Assembly: GCA_965248355.1 (NCBI GenBank)
Contig: OZ252098.1
Location: 2,048,001-2,112,000 of the forward strand
Origin: Candidatus Latescibacterota bacterium
Lineage (GTDB): Bacteria; Latescibacterota; UBA2968; UBA8231
DNA: 64,000 nt
Direction: 5' to 3'
Shown: positions 1 through 10,191 of the stretch, piece by piece
Position numbering within the stretch: the stretch's first letter is position 1
Layout: each line of letters begins with the position of its first letter
Program-made: the position numbers and the translations under genes
Notes under the pieces: model-generated
Database searches by the model: none
The model's input: the letters and a program-made list of their open reading frames with translations, nothing else
Told to the model about the DNA's origin: nothing

Positions 1-125
1 GCCGAGGGCACGGTTGGCGGCGTCGGTGGGAGCGGTCGTCATGGAAACGCACCAACCTAACGGGCCCCGGAGACCTCATCAAGCGTCTTGCCGCCCGCCG
101 GGAGGGCCCCTTGGTTTGCCGCCCC

Positions 126-989
126 ATGAGAAAGAGACCCCCCGATCCCACCGCCCTCGGCCGCGCCTTCCGCCGGCGCCTGCGCCGCGCCGGCGCCGGG
201 GGGCCGCCGGTCCTCGGCTGCATGGTCTCCGAGTACCTGCGGCCCTCGCTGGCCACGCTGCTGGCCGAGGCCGGGTACGACTTCGTCTTCGTCGAGACCG
301 AGCACGCCTTCCTGCAGACCCCGGAGCTGGCCGGCTTCGTGCACGCCGCCCGCGGCCTCGGCCTGCCGGCCATCGCCAAGACCGGCCTCGACCGCGGCGA
401 GGTGACCCGCCTCCTCGATGCCGGTCTGTGCGGCCTGCAGCTGCCGCGCACCGAGTCGCCCGAGCAGCTCGCCGAGCTGGCCGAGTACGCCCTCTTTCCG
501 CCGAAGGGCTCCCGCGCCGGGGCCCCGGGATACGTCAACACCGACTACCGCGTCCCCGAGGACCACGGCGCCTGGCTGCGGCGGGCCAACCAGTCCATCA
601 GTCTCGTGGCCCACATCGAGACGGCCGAGGGCTTGCGCAACGCCGCCGCCATCGCCGCCAGCCCCCACGTGGAGGTGGTCTACGTGGGCCCCTGCGACTT
701 CTCCATCGCCATGGGACGTCCCGGCGACTACGACCACCCCGACGTGACCGGCCCCATGAGACGCATCCTGCGGTCGTGCCGCGAGCGCGCCCTCTGCTTC
801 GGGACCACGGCCTCGGGTCCGGCGGCGGCCCGGGACTGGATCCGCCGCGGCGCCGGGTTCTTCGAGATGAGCAGCGAGCTGGAGCTGTTGGCGCGGGCGG
901 CGCGGGCCGAGGTGGAGGCCTACGGGGGAAGCCTGATCTCCTCTCCCGGATCGAGCAACAGACGAGAAAACCCCTTCGCCATTCGGTAA
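126..989 (+). CDS. HpcH/HpaI family aldolase
   Basis: Motifs AGYDFVFVETEH, LLDAG..G...P, PP.GSR, HIET..G..N...IA, VGPCDFS; ATG 126 chosen within ORF 111..989. Confidence 0.85.
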   Translation: MRKRPPDPTALGRAFRRRLRRAGAGGPPVLGCMVSEYLRPSLATLLAEAGYDFVFVETEHAFLQTPELAGFVHAARGLGLPAIAKTGLDRGEVTRLLDAGLCGLQLPRTESPEQLAELAEYALFPPKGSRAGAPGYVNTDYRVPEDHGAWLRRANQSISLVAHIETAEGLRNAAAIAASPHVEVVYVGPCDFSIAMGRPGDYDHPDVTGPMRRILRSCRERALCFGTTASGPAAARDWIRRGAGFFEMSSELELLARAARAEVEAYGGSLISSPGSSNRRENPFAIR

Positions 990-1158
990 GGGCCAGCAGA
1001 CGAGACCCCGCCCTTGGTGCCGCGAGGCAACGATGCGGGAGGACAACTGGTTCTCCGGCACCATCAGCGGACGTCGCCGGATCAGCAAGACAGCGCTCGT
1101 CAGCAGACAACGCTCGCCGACGACAAGCCGGGCCGCGACGTGCTGCTCGTCAAGTGAA

Positions 1159-2643
1159 TCAGTATTGGCGATCTACGCTTCGTCCAGGAAATGGCCCCGG
1201 CGTGTAGCTGAATAGATCACCGGTTCCCCCCGGCAAACGGATCGTCAGTGCGCCCCCGATCACTTCGACGGTCTCGACGTTGCCGCTGAGGCGGTTCAGG
1301 CGATAGAGCTTGCTCACCTGGGGTTTGAACCTGACAGTGAAGGTCAGCTCGAAGTCTTCCGCGGTGCCGCCCTTGTCGTGCCAAAGGTTGGTCAGCATGA
1401 AGTAGCGCTCTCCTCGATCATCGGTGAAAAACCCCAGCAGGCCATCCTTGTATTCACCGGGCGATTCGACTACCACATCGGTGATTTGATGATCGTTGCC
1501 TGCACCGTAGGACCAGGCTGTGGCCCCCCTTGGGGTCGGGTTGGCCACACGCGAGGAGCCTTCGTCGTGCTGGCCCTTCACAAAGCGCACATCGGTGCTG
1601 GTGAGAAAGCGAAGTGCCGTACCGAGATTTGCCACCTCGATATTGGCTTGGGCCGCATGGTGATACAGGCGATTCGGCTGACCGTTTGTTTCAATGAGAC
1701 CGCGCTCAAATGCAATGTCGTAAGTGAAATAGGCGATGCCCGTGTAGCCATAGGTCAACGGTGTGAAGAGCTGGAATCGAATGTCTGATTCACTGGGCAG
1801 GCGTCGATGCCATCCGTTGTGTGTTTCGAATGACTGGATGAAGAGCCAGTAGGGCATGCCCTGTTCTTGGGCCTCGTGTCGGACGACTTCCAGCACGTTG
1901 AAATAGCTCTCTGAATGGACCCAGCCGTCCACGTCTTCCAGGTCGCCGAGCGGGTAGACATCCACCATCAGGACATCGGGATCGATGATGGCGGCGAAGT
2001 CGTCGATGTATCGCTCGTAATCGGGTCCGAGCAGCATCTCGCCTTCGGGCCTGGCATTGCAGTAGGCGAGCGCTTCGGGGTGGAGCTGCCGCAGCCATTT
2101 GAGCATGTGCCGGGTGTACCGCATGTAGGTGGAGAGCACGGCCTCGTCATTCACGAGCCATCCGATGCATCCCGGATTGCTGATCAGGTTCCGGATGTAA
2201 GCACGGTTTTCTTCACTGTCCAGTTCACCCAGCGCTTCGCGCAGCGACTGTTCGTTGGAGTCTTCGCGGTTGGTCTGCTCGTCGCCCCAACGTTCGAGGT
2301 TGACATGGTAGGGCAGTCGGTTCGCAGATGCGATGGGCAGTATCTCGTCGAATGTGCTCGGCTCCCACGCGAGGAGTGCGCTCATGTTGGCTTCGCGGTA
2401 CTGATCAGCATCAAAGGGCTTGGGTGTCATCCGGGTCAGCCCCATGATGGTGAAGGGATGGCTGCGCACCCAGCGATGCCCGCGATGCATCGTGGGCGGG
2501 CCGGCCGGTGAGAGCGTTTCCGAGGTGAATCCGCGCGGTGATTGGTGCCGGTTGCCGCTCACGGCTTGGCCGCAGGCCATCGACATGCCCAACAAAGAGC
2601 ATCCCATCAGACCGTGAAGCACGATATGCGATTTCCCACGCAT
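1159..2643 (-). CDS. Exported/lipoprotein hypothetical protein, possible glycoside-hydrolase-like fold
   Basis: 494-aa ORF, N-terminal hydrophobic stretch ending SMAC; GWLVNDE, DVLMVDVYP, TYGYTGIAYFTY segments; more AT-rich than neighbours. Confidence 0.6.
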   Translation of the reverse strand: MRGKSHIVLHGLMGCSLLGMSMACGQAVSGNRHQSPRGFTSETLSPAGPPTMHRGHRWVRSHPFTIMGLTRMTPKPFDADQYREANMSALLAWEPSTFDEILPIASANRLPYHVNLERWGDEQTNREDSNEQSLREALGELDSEENRAYIRNLISNPGCIGWLVNDEAVLSTYMRYTRHMLKWLRQLHPEALAYCNARPEGEMLLGPDYERYIDDFAAIIDPDVLMVDVYPLGDLEDVDGWVHSESYFNVLEVVRHEAQEQGMPYWLFIQSFETHNGWHRRLPSESDIRFQLFTPLTYGYTGIAYFTYDIAFERGLIETNGQPNRLYHHAAQANIEVANLGTALRFLTSTDVRFVKGQHDEGSSRVANPTPRGATAWSYGAGNDHQITDVVVESPGEYKDGLLGFFTDDRGERYFMLTNLWHDKGGTAEDFELTFTVRFKPQVSKLYRLNRLSGNVETVEVIGGALTIRLPGGTGDLFSYTPGPFPGRSVDRQY

Positions 2644-2716
2644 GCGATCTTCCTTTCAGGGAGGGCTGCCCAGCCCACCGGGCCATCATTTTGATGTCTT
2701 AGGGGCTGCGCAGAAA

Positions 2717-2848
2717 TCAGTCGGATTGTCCCGAGGTTGCATGAGACCTGCGGAGCTTGGAGCCGCGGGCATCGTCCGAGAACGTCGGAGCCGCTACGAA
2801 TTCTTCCAGGAGCAGCAGGTCCACGTCACGCTCTGAAACCCCGGGCAT
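2717..2848 (-). pseudogene. N-terminal remnant of a PD-(D/E)XK-type nuclease gene
   Basis: GAGG-preceded ATG; translates MPGVSERDVDLLLLEEFVAAPTF...SGQSD*, resembling the ERD(I/V)DLLLLEE start of that family; only 43 aa. Confidence 0.4.
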
Positions 2849-2911
2849 GTCGACCTCTTCGAGACCCTGGTGGAATCGCCCGATCTTACGCGATCGCTGT
2901 ATCGTTCAGCC

Positions 2912-3925
2912 CTACCCCATCCCCTGCCACTGGAAGATGACGCCGAGCATGCCCTTCTCCCGGCGGTAGATCATCTCGTAGGCCTCGGCCATGCGCGCAT
3001 ACGGCAGCCGGTGGGTGATCAGCCGGCTCGGCGCCAGGCCGCGTTTCATCAGGGACAGCGTGTGCTCGCAGGCGCGCACCGCGTCGAAGCGGTCGCCCTC
3101 GGCCGCCGGGAAGAGATAGCCGCCGCGCCCCGAGACGGCCACGAGGGCGATCCCCTTGTTGTAGAACCGCTCCATGCCCACGGGGTTGAAGTCGAGGGGC
3201 TCCTCGCCCCGGCCCGGCAGGGCGACGACGGAGACGCGGCCGTTGTCGCGCACCACATCGCAGGCCGTGCGCCAGGCCGGCCAGGGGTTGGCGGTGAGGA
3301 TCACCAGGTCGATGCCGGCGCCGCCGGTGAACTCGTCGAGGCGCGCCTCCAGGTCCGGATCGTCGGACAGCCAGGCTGCCTCGGCCCCCATGTCGGTCGC
3401 CATGCGCAGGCGGGCCGGGTGGTTGCCCAGACCGACGACCCGCGCCCCGAAGAACGGACCGAGGGCCACCGCCCCCAGGCCGAGCACGCCGAGGCCGACG
3501 ACGGCCACGTTCTCCCCCGGCGTGAACCAGGCCTTGCGGTAGCAGTGGGAGCTCAGGGTGTAGAGGTGGGCCCACACGGCGTCCTCCGGGTCGACGCCCT
3601 CGGGCACGCGAACGACGCTGGCGGCCTCGTCGACGACGTACTCCGACTGGTGCGGGGCCCGCGTCACCACCCGGTCCCCTACTTGGATGCGCGTCACCTC
3701 GGAACCGGCGGCGCGCACCACCCCCAGGTTGCTGTCCCCGACCCAGCGCGGGTAGTCGGGCGCCCCGGGCACGCGCTCGGCGCCCTCGTAGTTGCCGCGG
3801 TCGGTGCCGATCTTCAGCGCCGAGATCTCGGTCTCCACGTGGATCTGCGTGGGTCCGAGGTCCGTATCCAGAGGCTGCTCCTCGATGCGCAGGTCCCGGG
3901 GACCGTGCAGCACGGCGATCTTCAT
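2912..3925 (-). CDS. Zinc-binding alcohol dehydrogenase (MDR) family protein
   Basis: LHGPRDLRIEE start, GDRVV, Rossmann VVGLGVLG, LITHR. Confidence 0.9.
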   Translation of the reverse strand: MKIAVLHGPRDLRIEEQPLDTDLGPTQIHVETEISALKIGTDRGNYEGAERVPGAPDYPRWVGDSNLGVVRAAGSEVTRIQVGDRVVTRAPHQSEYVVDEAASVVRVPEGVDPEDAVWAHLYTLSSHCYRKAWFTPGENVAVVGLGVLGLGAVALGPFFGARVVGLGNHPARLRMATDMGAEAAWLSDDPDLEARLDEFTGGAGIDLVILTANPWPAWRTACDVVRDNGRVSVVALPGRGEEPLDFNPVGMERFYNKGIALVAVSGRGGYLFPAAEGDRFDAVRACEHTLSLMKRGLAPSRLITHRLPYARMAEAYEMIYRREKGMLGVIFQWQGMG

Positions 3926-3956
3926 GTGTCGTGACTCCCTGTTCGAGGCCAGCGGC

Positions 3957-5084
3957 TCAGCGCGGATCCCCCGTCCGCCACCGGTGCTTCTCCACGCCCT
4001 CCATGTCCAGCTCCACCCCGAGGCCCGGCCGCCGGGGCACCACGATGCGCCCCTCCACCACCTGCAGGGGCTCGTCGATGACCTCGTCGCGCCAGTCGAT
4101 GCCGGTGACGAACTCCATGGGCGCGGCGTTGGGGATCGACAACATCACGTGGGCCGCCGCCAGGATGCCCACGGGCCCCTTGGTGTTGTGGAAGGAGATG
4201 GGCACGTGGAAGGTGTCGGCCATGGCGGCGATCTTCCTCGCCTCGGTGATGCCGCCCGAGTACATCAGGTCGGGCTGGGCGATGTCGATGCCCTCCATTT
4301 CCAGGAGCCGGCGGAACTGGCTCTTGGTGTTGAGCCGCTCCGAGCCCATGACCGGGATCGAGATCTCCCGGCGGATCTTCGGGTACGCCGTCAGGTCGTC
4401 GGGCGCCACCGGGTCCTCGTAGGCGAACAGGTCCAGGTGCTCGAGGCGCCGGGCCAGGCGGATCGAGTTGGCCACGGTGAAGCGGCCGTGGCAGTCGATG
4501 AAGAGCTTCACGTCGGGGCCCACGGCCTCGCGCACGGCCTCGAAGTGGGCGGCCGTCTCCTCCGGGTGGCCGTCGTCGAGGTAGGTGTCCCAGTCGAGGC
4601 CGGCGGCGTCCCGCCAGCAGGCGCCTCCCTTGAGCGCGAAATACCCCTCTTCCTGCTTGGCCCTGGCCATCTCCGCCGCCGCCTCCGGGGTGGCGCCGCC
4701 GAAGTGGGTGTACACGTCCACCGCCTCGCGGAAGGCCCCGCCGAGCAGCTCGTACACGGGCAGACCCGCCACCTTGCCCTTGATGTCCCACAGGGCGATG
4801 TCGATGCCGGCCATGGCGCTCATCCACACGGGGCCGGCCATGCGCCAGATGCCGCTCACCGAGGAGCGGCGGTAGATGTGGTGCCACAGGTACTCGATGC
4901 GCGCCGGGTCGTGGCCGACCAGCTCCTGCTTCAGGTGGTCCACGGCGGCGCAGACCACGGGCTCCTTTTGGGAGTAGGTGGCCTCGCCCAGCCCGGTGAC
5001 CCCCTCGTCGGTGTGGACCCGCACGATCGTCCACTTGCGGCCCGGGGAGTCGATCATCAGGGTGTCGATGTCGGTGATCTTCAT
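3957..5084 (-). CDS. Mandelate racemase/muconate lactonizing enzyme family, DgoD-like acid-sugar dehydratase
   Basis: MKITDI, VRVHTDEGVTGLGE, GIDIALWDIKGK..G.PVYELLGG, metal ligands in IDCHG/YEDP/GSER; ATGA overlap with upstream gene. Confidence 0.9.
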   Translation of the reverse strand: MKITDIDTLMIDSPGRKWTIVRVHTDEGVTGLGEATYSQKEPVVCAAVDHLKQELVGHDPARIEYLWHHIYRRSSVSGIWRMAGPVWMSAMAGIDIALWDIKGKVAGLPVYELLGGAFREAVDVYTHFGGATPEAAAEMARAKQEEGYFALKGGACWRDAAGLDWDTYLDDGHPEETAAHFEAVREAVGPDVKLFIDCHGRFTVANSIRLARRLEHLDLFAYEDPVAPDDLTAYPKIRREISIPVMGSERLNTKSQFRRLLEMEGIDIAQPDLMYSGGITEARKIAAMADTFHVPISFHNTKGPVGILAAAHVMLSIPNAAPMEFVTGIDWRDEVIDEPLQVVEGRIVVPRRPGLGVELDMEGVEKHRWRTGDPR

Positions 5085-5782
5085 CGCAGGGCCTCGCAGG
5101 CGTCGACGAACTCCGCCGAGGTGGTGGTGTAGCCGATGAGATGCTCGAAGTTGCGCAGCACGATCTTGTTGAGCCAGCCGCCCTCGGGGATCGACTCGTC
5201 GATGGTGTCGGGGAACTCGATCTCGGCGCCGTTGGAGGCGTCCCGCAGCAGCACGACCCGGTAGTTGCGGCCCACGGCCTCGGCGCAGGTGTAGTGCATG
5301 CAGGCGCGGCGGCTGTAGCCGACGACGATGAGGGTGCGCGTGCCCCAGCTGCGCAGGTGCTGGTCGAGGAAGGTGTCGTGGAAGCCGCTCCAGATCCACT
5401 TGGGGAAGTTCGGCTCGCCCTCGCGCGGAGCCACGCAGTCCAGGTAGCGCGGCGCGAAGCCGGGGCCCATCTCCCGCCACGGCTGGAGCCCGTCGCGGCC
5501 CTCGCCGTACTTGGTCTTGCCCCAGAACTCGCCGACGATGTTGCCGGGGTCGGCGACCAGGCGCAGGTCGTTGTGCACGTAGGCGACGCGCAGACCCACG
5601 CCCCGGGCCGCCTCCAGGGCCGGGGCGATGCGGTTCTCGGTGACCGGGTTGGGCGAGGTGCCGTCCACGTCGACGAGCAGGAAGGTGCACTCGGCCAGCG
5701 GCAGGGACAGGGTCTCGTACCCGTAGTCGTAGCCGCCGGGGAAGTCCTTGTAATAGCGGACGGGGATGTCGATGGCGGCCAC
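5081..5782 (-). CDS. Isochorismatase-family cysteine hydrolase
   Basis: Triad-like LLVD, FPK..WSGF..T.LD..LR, GYSRRAC. Confidence 0.8.
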   Translation of the reverse strand: MAAIDIPVRYYKDFPGGYDYGYETLSLPLAECTFLLVDVDGTSPNPVTENRIAPALEAARGVGLRVAYVHNDLRLVADPGNIVGEFWGKTKYGEGRDGLQPWREMGPGFAPRYLDCVAPREGEPNFPKWIWSGFHDTFLDQHLRSWGTRTLIVVGYSRRACMHYTCAEAVGRNYRVVLLRDASNGAEIEFPDTIDESIPEGGWLNKIVLRNFEHLIGYTTTSAEFVDACEALR

Positions 5783-5977
5783 GGGTCGCCTCCGGTCGGG
5801 TCAGGGCCGCCTACACTAGCGGCCTCCCGGTCCGGCGGCAACACTTCCGGCTGCCGGCCCGGGACCGGCCCCCCCGGCTTGCCACGCCGCCCGGAGGGCC
5901 GTTACGTGGCGGTCTGGCCGTCGACCGGCGGCCTCGGCGCCGCTCTCCCGGCGCCTCCCCCAACCATCGCCCGGAGA

Positions 5978-8413
5978 ATGTCGATCGTGCCCCTGGTCAT
6001 GAGTGACGAAGAGTTGCTGAACGCCCTCGACCCGGACCACCCCGGCCTGGAGGCGGTCCGGCAGGCCCGCGCGGCCGGGGACCCGGGCGCCGCGAGGACG
6101 GAGCTGGTGCGCTGGTTCCGCCGGCGCGGCGACGGCGGCTCCGGTCCCCACGGAGGATCCGAAGATCAGCCCGAGGCCGTCTCGGAACGCGGCGAGGAGC
6201 TGTGCCGGGATCTCTCCGGCCGCGACTGGCTCTCGGTGCCCCACCCGGAGGAAATCCCCGAGCGCCTGCACAGCACCCAGGTCATGGGGCTCAACGACCA
6301 CGGCGAGTTCGCCGCCCTGGCGCAGGAGTACGCGGATACGGGCAACCACCGCTACGCCCGCGAGTGCGTGGCCCGCATGCTGGAGTGGATCGAGGCCAAC
6401 GGGCCGCTGCCGGATCGCCCTCCCACCGGCCCCACCGGCGCCTACTGGCGCACCATCTTCTACACCCTCCCCCGCACCGCCAACTGGACCCGCTGCCTGG
6501 AGCTGCTGCGCCACTGTCCGGCCGTGACCGAGGAGGAGCTGATCACGCTGGTCAAGGTGATCCTCCATCACCTGCGCTACGCCGCCGGCAACCAGGTGCC
6601 GGGCATGCCCAACATGATCGCCCATCTCCACGAGCAGCTCATCGGCCTCGGGGAGCAGTGGCCGGAGTTCGCCGAGTCACGCGGCTGGACCCGAACCGGG
6701 CTGGAGGGGCTCCGGGCCCTGCTGGACGACTACTTCTACCCGGACGGCGCCTACATCGAGCTGTGCTACTTCGCCCACGAGAGCTTCACCCGCGTCCTGC
6801 AGCGGGGCGAGCGGGGCGAGATCGAGCTGCCGCCGGGGTTCCGCGAGAAGGTGGACGGCATCTTCGACTTCCCCGCCTACATGGTGAAGCCCAACGGCAG
6901 CTATCCCTCGGTCAACGACAACTACTCCGCCCAGGATGCCGAGAACCTCCCCGAGAGGCGCGGCGGACTGATCGAGCTCGGCGTGGAGATCACGGGGCGG
7001 CCCGACCTGCGCTACATCGAGTCCTTCGGCGCCGATGGCACACCCCCGCCTTGGACCTCTCGCCCCTTCCCTTACGCCGGGTTCTACGTGATGCGCTCCG
7101 ACTGGTCCGCCGAGGCCCGCTACCTGGTCTTCGACGGCGGCCGCAGCGCCGGCGGACACAACCACGTGGACAAGCTCAGCTTCGAGCTCTACGCCTACGG
7201 CAACACCCTGGTCACCGACAGCGGTTGCGCGGGGCCCTGGGCCTCGGCCTGGCGCAGCGAGTACTTCGTCGGCCCGGCGGGCCACAACACGATCATGGTC
7301 GACGGCCGCGGCCAGGTGGCCGGCCTCCCCCTCTTCGAGATCCCCTCCCTCCGCGGGCGCACATCGTGGCGCCAGATCGCCCCCGAGCCGCTGCCCAACA
7401 CCTGGGTGAGCGGCCGCCGTTTCGACTACGCCGGCAGCCGCTACGAGGACGGATACGCCACCTACGGCTCGGAGCAGAGCCGGCGGCGCGGATTCGCCTA
7501 CGAGAGCAAGCGCGTCGACAGCGACGAGCGCATGCAGCCCTGGACGCGGAGCCAGGGCGGCGACCTGCAGGTGCCGCCCCACAAGCGCGTGTTCGTCGAC
7601 CACGACCGCCGGATCCTGTTCGTCAAGCCCGACTACTGGATCCTCTCCGACCGGCTCCTCGGCAGGGGCCGGCACAAGGCCGAATCGATGTTCCACTTCC
7701 AGGCGTCGGCCACGGCCCGCGTCGAGCCCGGGGACGGCTCGGTGCGCACCGTGAACGGCCGGGCCGGCCTGGTCATCCTGCCCGCCCCGGGGCCGGAACT
7801 GGAGGCGCGCATCGTCAAGGGTCAGGAGGATCCCCTGCAGGGGTGGGTGCCGGCCGGCTGGGGCCAGCACCGTCCATCGCCGGCGGCCATCTACTCGGTG
7901 GAGGAAGAGCTGCCTCTCGCCGTGGACATGGTGCTCTATCCCCACCCCGGGGACAGGGCCCCGGCGGTGGCGGTGGAGCGGCTGCAGGTGGAGGAAGAGG
8001 GGGAGCCGGTCCCGACCTGGCAGGCGTCCGCCCTGTGCGTGCACGTCGACGACCGGCGGGACTGGTTCCTCGCCTCCCACGAGCGCCGCGCCCTGCGCAT
8101 CGCCGGACCGCTGGTGAGCGACGGCGACCTCGCGCTGGTGCGCTGCGACGGGGAGGGGCGTCCTTCGCAGCTATCTCTGATCAACGGCAGCTACGTCAGC
8201 CTGGAGGGCCGCCTCCTCGTGGCCGCCGAGGAGACCTTCCCGCGCCTGGAACTGTCCTGGGAGGACGAGGCGCTGAGGGTGGATGCCGACCACCCGGTGG
8301 GGGCGGACGTGTGGGCGGGAGGCGCGCGGCGGGTGGTCATCGGCGAGGGGGAGGCGCGGGCCGTTCAGCCGGCGGATGATCGAATCGCGATCTTCGAGGA
8401 CTGGCTGGATTGA
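5978..8413 (+). CDS. Heparinase II/III family polysaccharide lyase
   Basis: YPDGAYIE, AGFYVMRSDW, GHNHVDKLSFELYAYG, GHNTIMVDG, RRILFVKPDYW; start 5978 or 5999; no signal peptide. Confidence 0.88.
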   Translation: MSIVPLVMSDEELLNALDPDHPGLEAVRQARAAGDPGAARTELVRWFRRRGDGGSGPHGGSEDQPEAVSERGEELCRDLSGRDWLSVPHPEEIPERLHSTQVMGLNDHGEFAALAQEYADTGNHRYARECVARMLEWIEANGPLPDRPPTGPTGAYWRTIFYTLPRTANWTRCLELLRHCPAVTEEELITLVKVILHHLRYAAGNQVPGMPNMIAHLHEQLIGLGEQWPEFAESRGWTRTGLEGLRALLDDYFYPDGAYIELCYFAHESFTRVLQRGERGEIELPPGFREKVDGIFDFPAYMVKPNGSYPSVNDNYSAQDAENLPERRGGLIELGVEITGRPDLRYIESFGADGTPPPWTSRPFPYAGFYVMRSDWSAEARYLVFDGGRSAGGHNHVDKLSFELYAYGNTLVTDSGCAGPWASAWRSEYFVGPAGHNTIMVDGRGQVAGLPLFEIPSLRGRTSWRQIAPEPLPNTWVSGRRFDYAGSRYEDGYATYGSEQSRRRGFAYESKRVDSDERMQPWTRSQGGDLQVPPHKRVFVDHDRRILFVKPDYWILSDRLLGRGRHKAESMFHFQASATARVEPGDGSVRTVNGRAGLVILPAPGPELEARIVKGQEDPLQGWVPAGWGQHRPSPAAIYSVEEELPLAVDMVLYPHPGDRAPAVAVERLQVEEEGEPVPTWQASALCVHVDDRRDWFLASHERRALRIAGPLVSDGDLALVRCDGEGRPSQLSLINGSYVSLEGRLLVAAEETFPRLELSWEDEALRVDADHPVGADVWAGGARRVVIGEGEARAVQPADDRIAIFEDWLD

Positions 8414-8591
8414 GGAGTAGGGAGATGCCCCTTTCGCAGAAAGAGAGCTGGATTCTTCGTCCGAAGGAAAGAGAAGTGAAGGGTCCAAAACCAATTCGTT
8501 AATCCAAACTATTGGGTCAATGCCGCCATGGAATGCGCAACATTACACTCCAAAACAACCGCACTCGACGATGGTTCGGGTGCAATCTCCT

Positions 8592-8987
8592 TCATTCGAC
8601 AAAGGGCTCCCACAAGTTGACTTGGTACTCGCTTCCATCGGGCCTCTGCCTCGTTCCGTGGACCAAGACCCACGTCTTCCCGAACTCGGTATCAAGTAGA
8701 AAGGTGTGACGAGCTGCCAGCCCAGAAGTGAAAATCTGATAGCGCGGTTTCGATGGCCTGAAGATTATCGGGAGGTCCATGATCTCCATGGGTTCCCAAG
8801 CATTTCTGTCGTCCGGAGTCTTGACAAGCTGAGATACCTGTCCTGTGAAACGGTCCAGTCGAAATGTCCACTTTGCTGCCAACTGCGACTGAACGATCTC
8901 AAATCTGGCGCTCGTCGGAGGCGTCGTGCTTCGATGAGGAGATACCTGTTGCGAGCTCGCTAGATGAGGCGAAAAAAAGGATAACAA
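8592..8987 (-). CDS. Hypothetical protein with internal two-fold repeat
   Basis: RFEIVQSQLAAKWTFRLDRFTG vs RYQIFTSGLAARHTFLLDTEFG; AT-rich; start uncertain. Confidence 0.6.
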   Translation of the reverse strand: MLSFFSPHLASSQQVSPHRSTTPPTSARFEIVQSQLAAKWTFRLDRFTGQVSQLVKTPDDRNAWEPMEIMDLPIIFRPSKPRYQIFTSGLAARHTFLLDTEFGKTWVLVHGTRQRPDGSEYQVNLWEPFVE

Positions 8988-9061
8988 CTAAAGAAAGCGC
9001 GGAATCTCATGGTCACAGTCCTCTCGTTCGATGCTTCAAGTCTTGGCAATGTGTCCTACGC

Positions 9062-9811
9062 TGGAGCTACCCCCGTACGGTGGAGGGTTAAGTGCTTTCG
9101 GCAGGTACGGCCGATTGAGGCCGTTGTAAAGTGGTGGTCCCCTGCACAGAGCCTGGGTGGAGTACGGGGTTCCGGTCTCGCGCCACGGCTGGGTGCGAGA
9201 GACCGGGTGAGCGGGTGGACACCGGCTCGCCCCGGGGGGGGCCCCGGGGGGGCCAGGGAAGGCACGGGAGCGGCGGCTTCACGGCGATTCGGCCGCATCA
9301 GGCGACCCGGCGTTCGAAGTTCATTCATCGGCGATTCGTAGTTGAGGGCCGAGTGACGGCGATGAGACGGTTGTACCAAGCCTCGATGTAGTCGAAGATC
9401 TCCCGGCGGGCGACCTCATGGGTCGGGAAGCAGCGGCGGTCGAGCAGCTCACACTCGAGGGTGGCGAGGAAGTTCTCACACAGCGCATTGTCGTAGCCGT
9501 CGCCGACCGAGCCCGCCGACGGCCGCACCCCGGCCTCCCGACAACGGCGCCCGAAGGCCAGCGACGAATACTGATACCCCCTGGTCCGAGTGATGGATCA
9601 CCCCCTCCGGACGACGTTTGCCAGAGCGCCATGTCCAACGCCTGCACGACCAGCTCCGTACGCAGGTGAGAGGCCATGGCCCAACCCACGACGCGTCGGC
9701 TCCAGGCGTCCAGGACCACGGCCAGATACAGAAATCCGGACCACGTCGGCACGGAGGACATCCTCCTTTCACCCAAAATATCGGGATGTCCACCAAATGG
9801 GGGGAACTCCA
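9062..9811 (-). mobile_element. Internally deleted IS3-family element
   Basis: Terminal IRs TGGAGCTACCCCCGTACGGTGGA (from 9062) and reverse complement TGGAGTTCCCCCCATTTGGTGGA (to 9811); frameshifted rve fragments FLYLAVVLDAWSRRVVGW, HHSDQG, YDNALCE, YIEAWYN; no flanking duplication. Confidence 0.85.
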
Positions 9812-10190
9812 CCCCCGTGCACCGCCTCGACCGCGGACGAAGCTGGTCGCCGTGACCGTCATGATGACCGTCGCTCTCGGCTCCCGCGGCCTGGCGCCGG
9901 TCTGCGCCTTCGGCCTCTTCGTCCTCTTCGCCGCGGGGCTGTCCCGGCTGCCGCCGGCGCTGCTGGCGCGCAACTTGCGGTCCTTCCTGTGGCTGCTTGT
10001 GATCACCGCCCCTCCACGCCTTCAACACGCCGGGCGAGCCGCTGTGGCGCGTGCCCTGGCTCGACCTGCAGACCACGCGCGAAGGACTGCAGTCCGCGGC
10101 CCTCTTCACCCTGCGGCTGGCGACGGTGGTGACCGCCGCGGCGCTGCTCACGCTCACCACCTCGCCCCTGGAGCTGACCGACGGCCTGGA
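9812..10190 (+). pseudogene. Degenerate partial second copy of ecfT
   Basis: Aligns with 11236..11617 with substitutions and 1-2 bp deletions; 5' end cut by the IS3 remnant. Confidence 0.9.
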
Positions 10191-10191
10191 G

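Noticed and set aside
1..42. Possible start of a minus-strand gene (MTTAPTDAANRALG)
   Set aside because: Only 14 codons visible; cannot be supported.
5141..5977. N-terminal extension of the heparinase ORF to 1090 aa
   Set aside because: Overlaps the opposite-strand isochorismatase gene and the intergenic region.
8960..9030. Phase-variable or frameshifted signal peptide at the A7 tract of the 131-aa gene
   Set aside because: No single indel gives a convincing signal peptide from ATG 9010.
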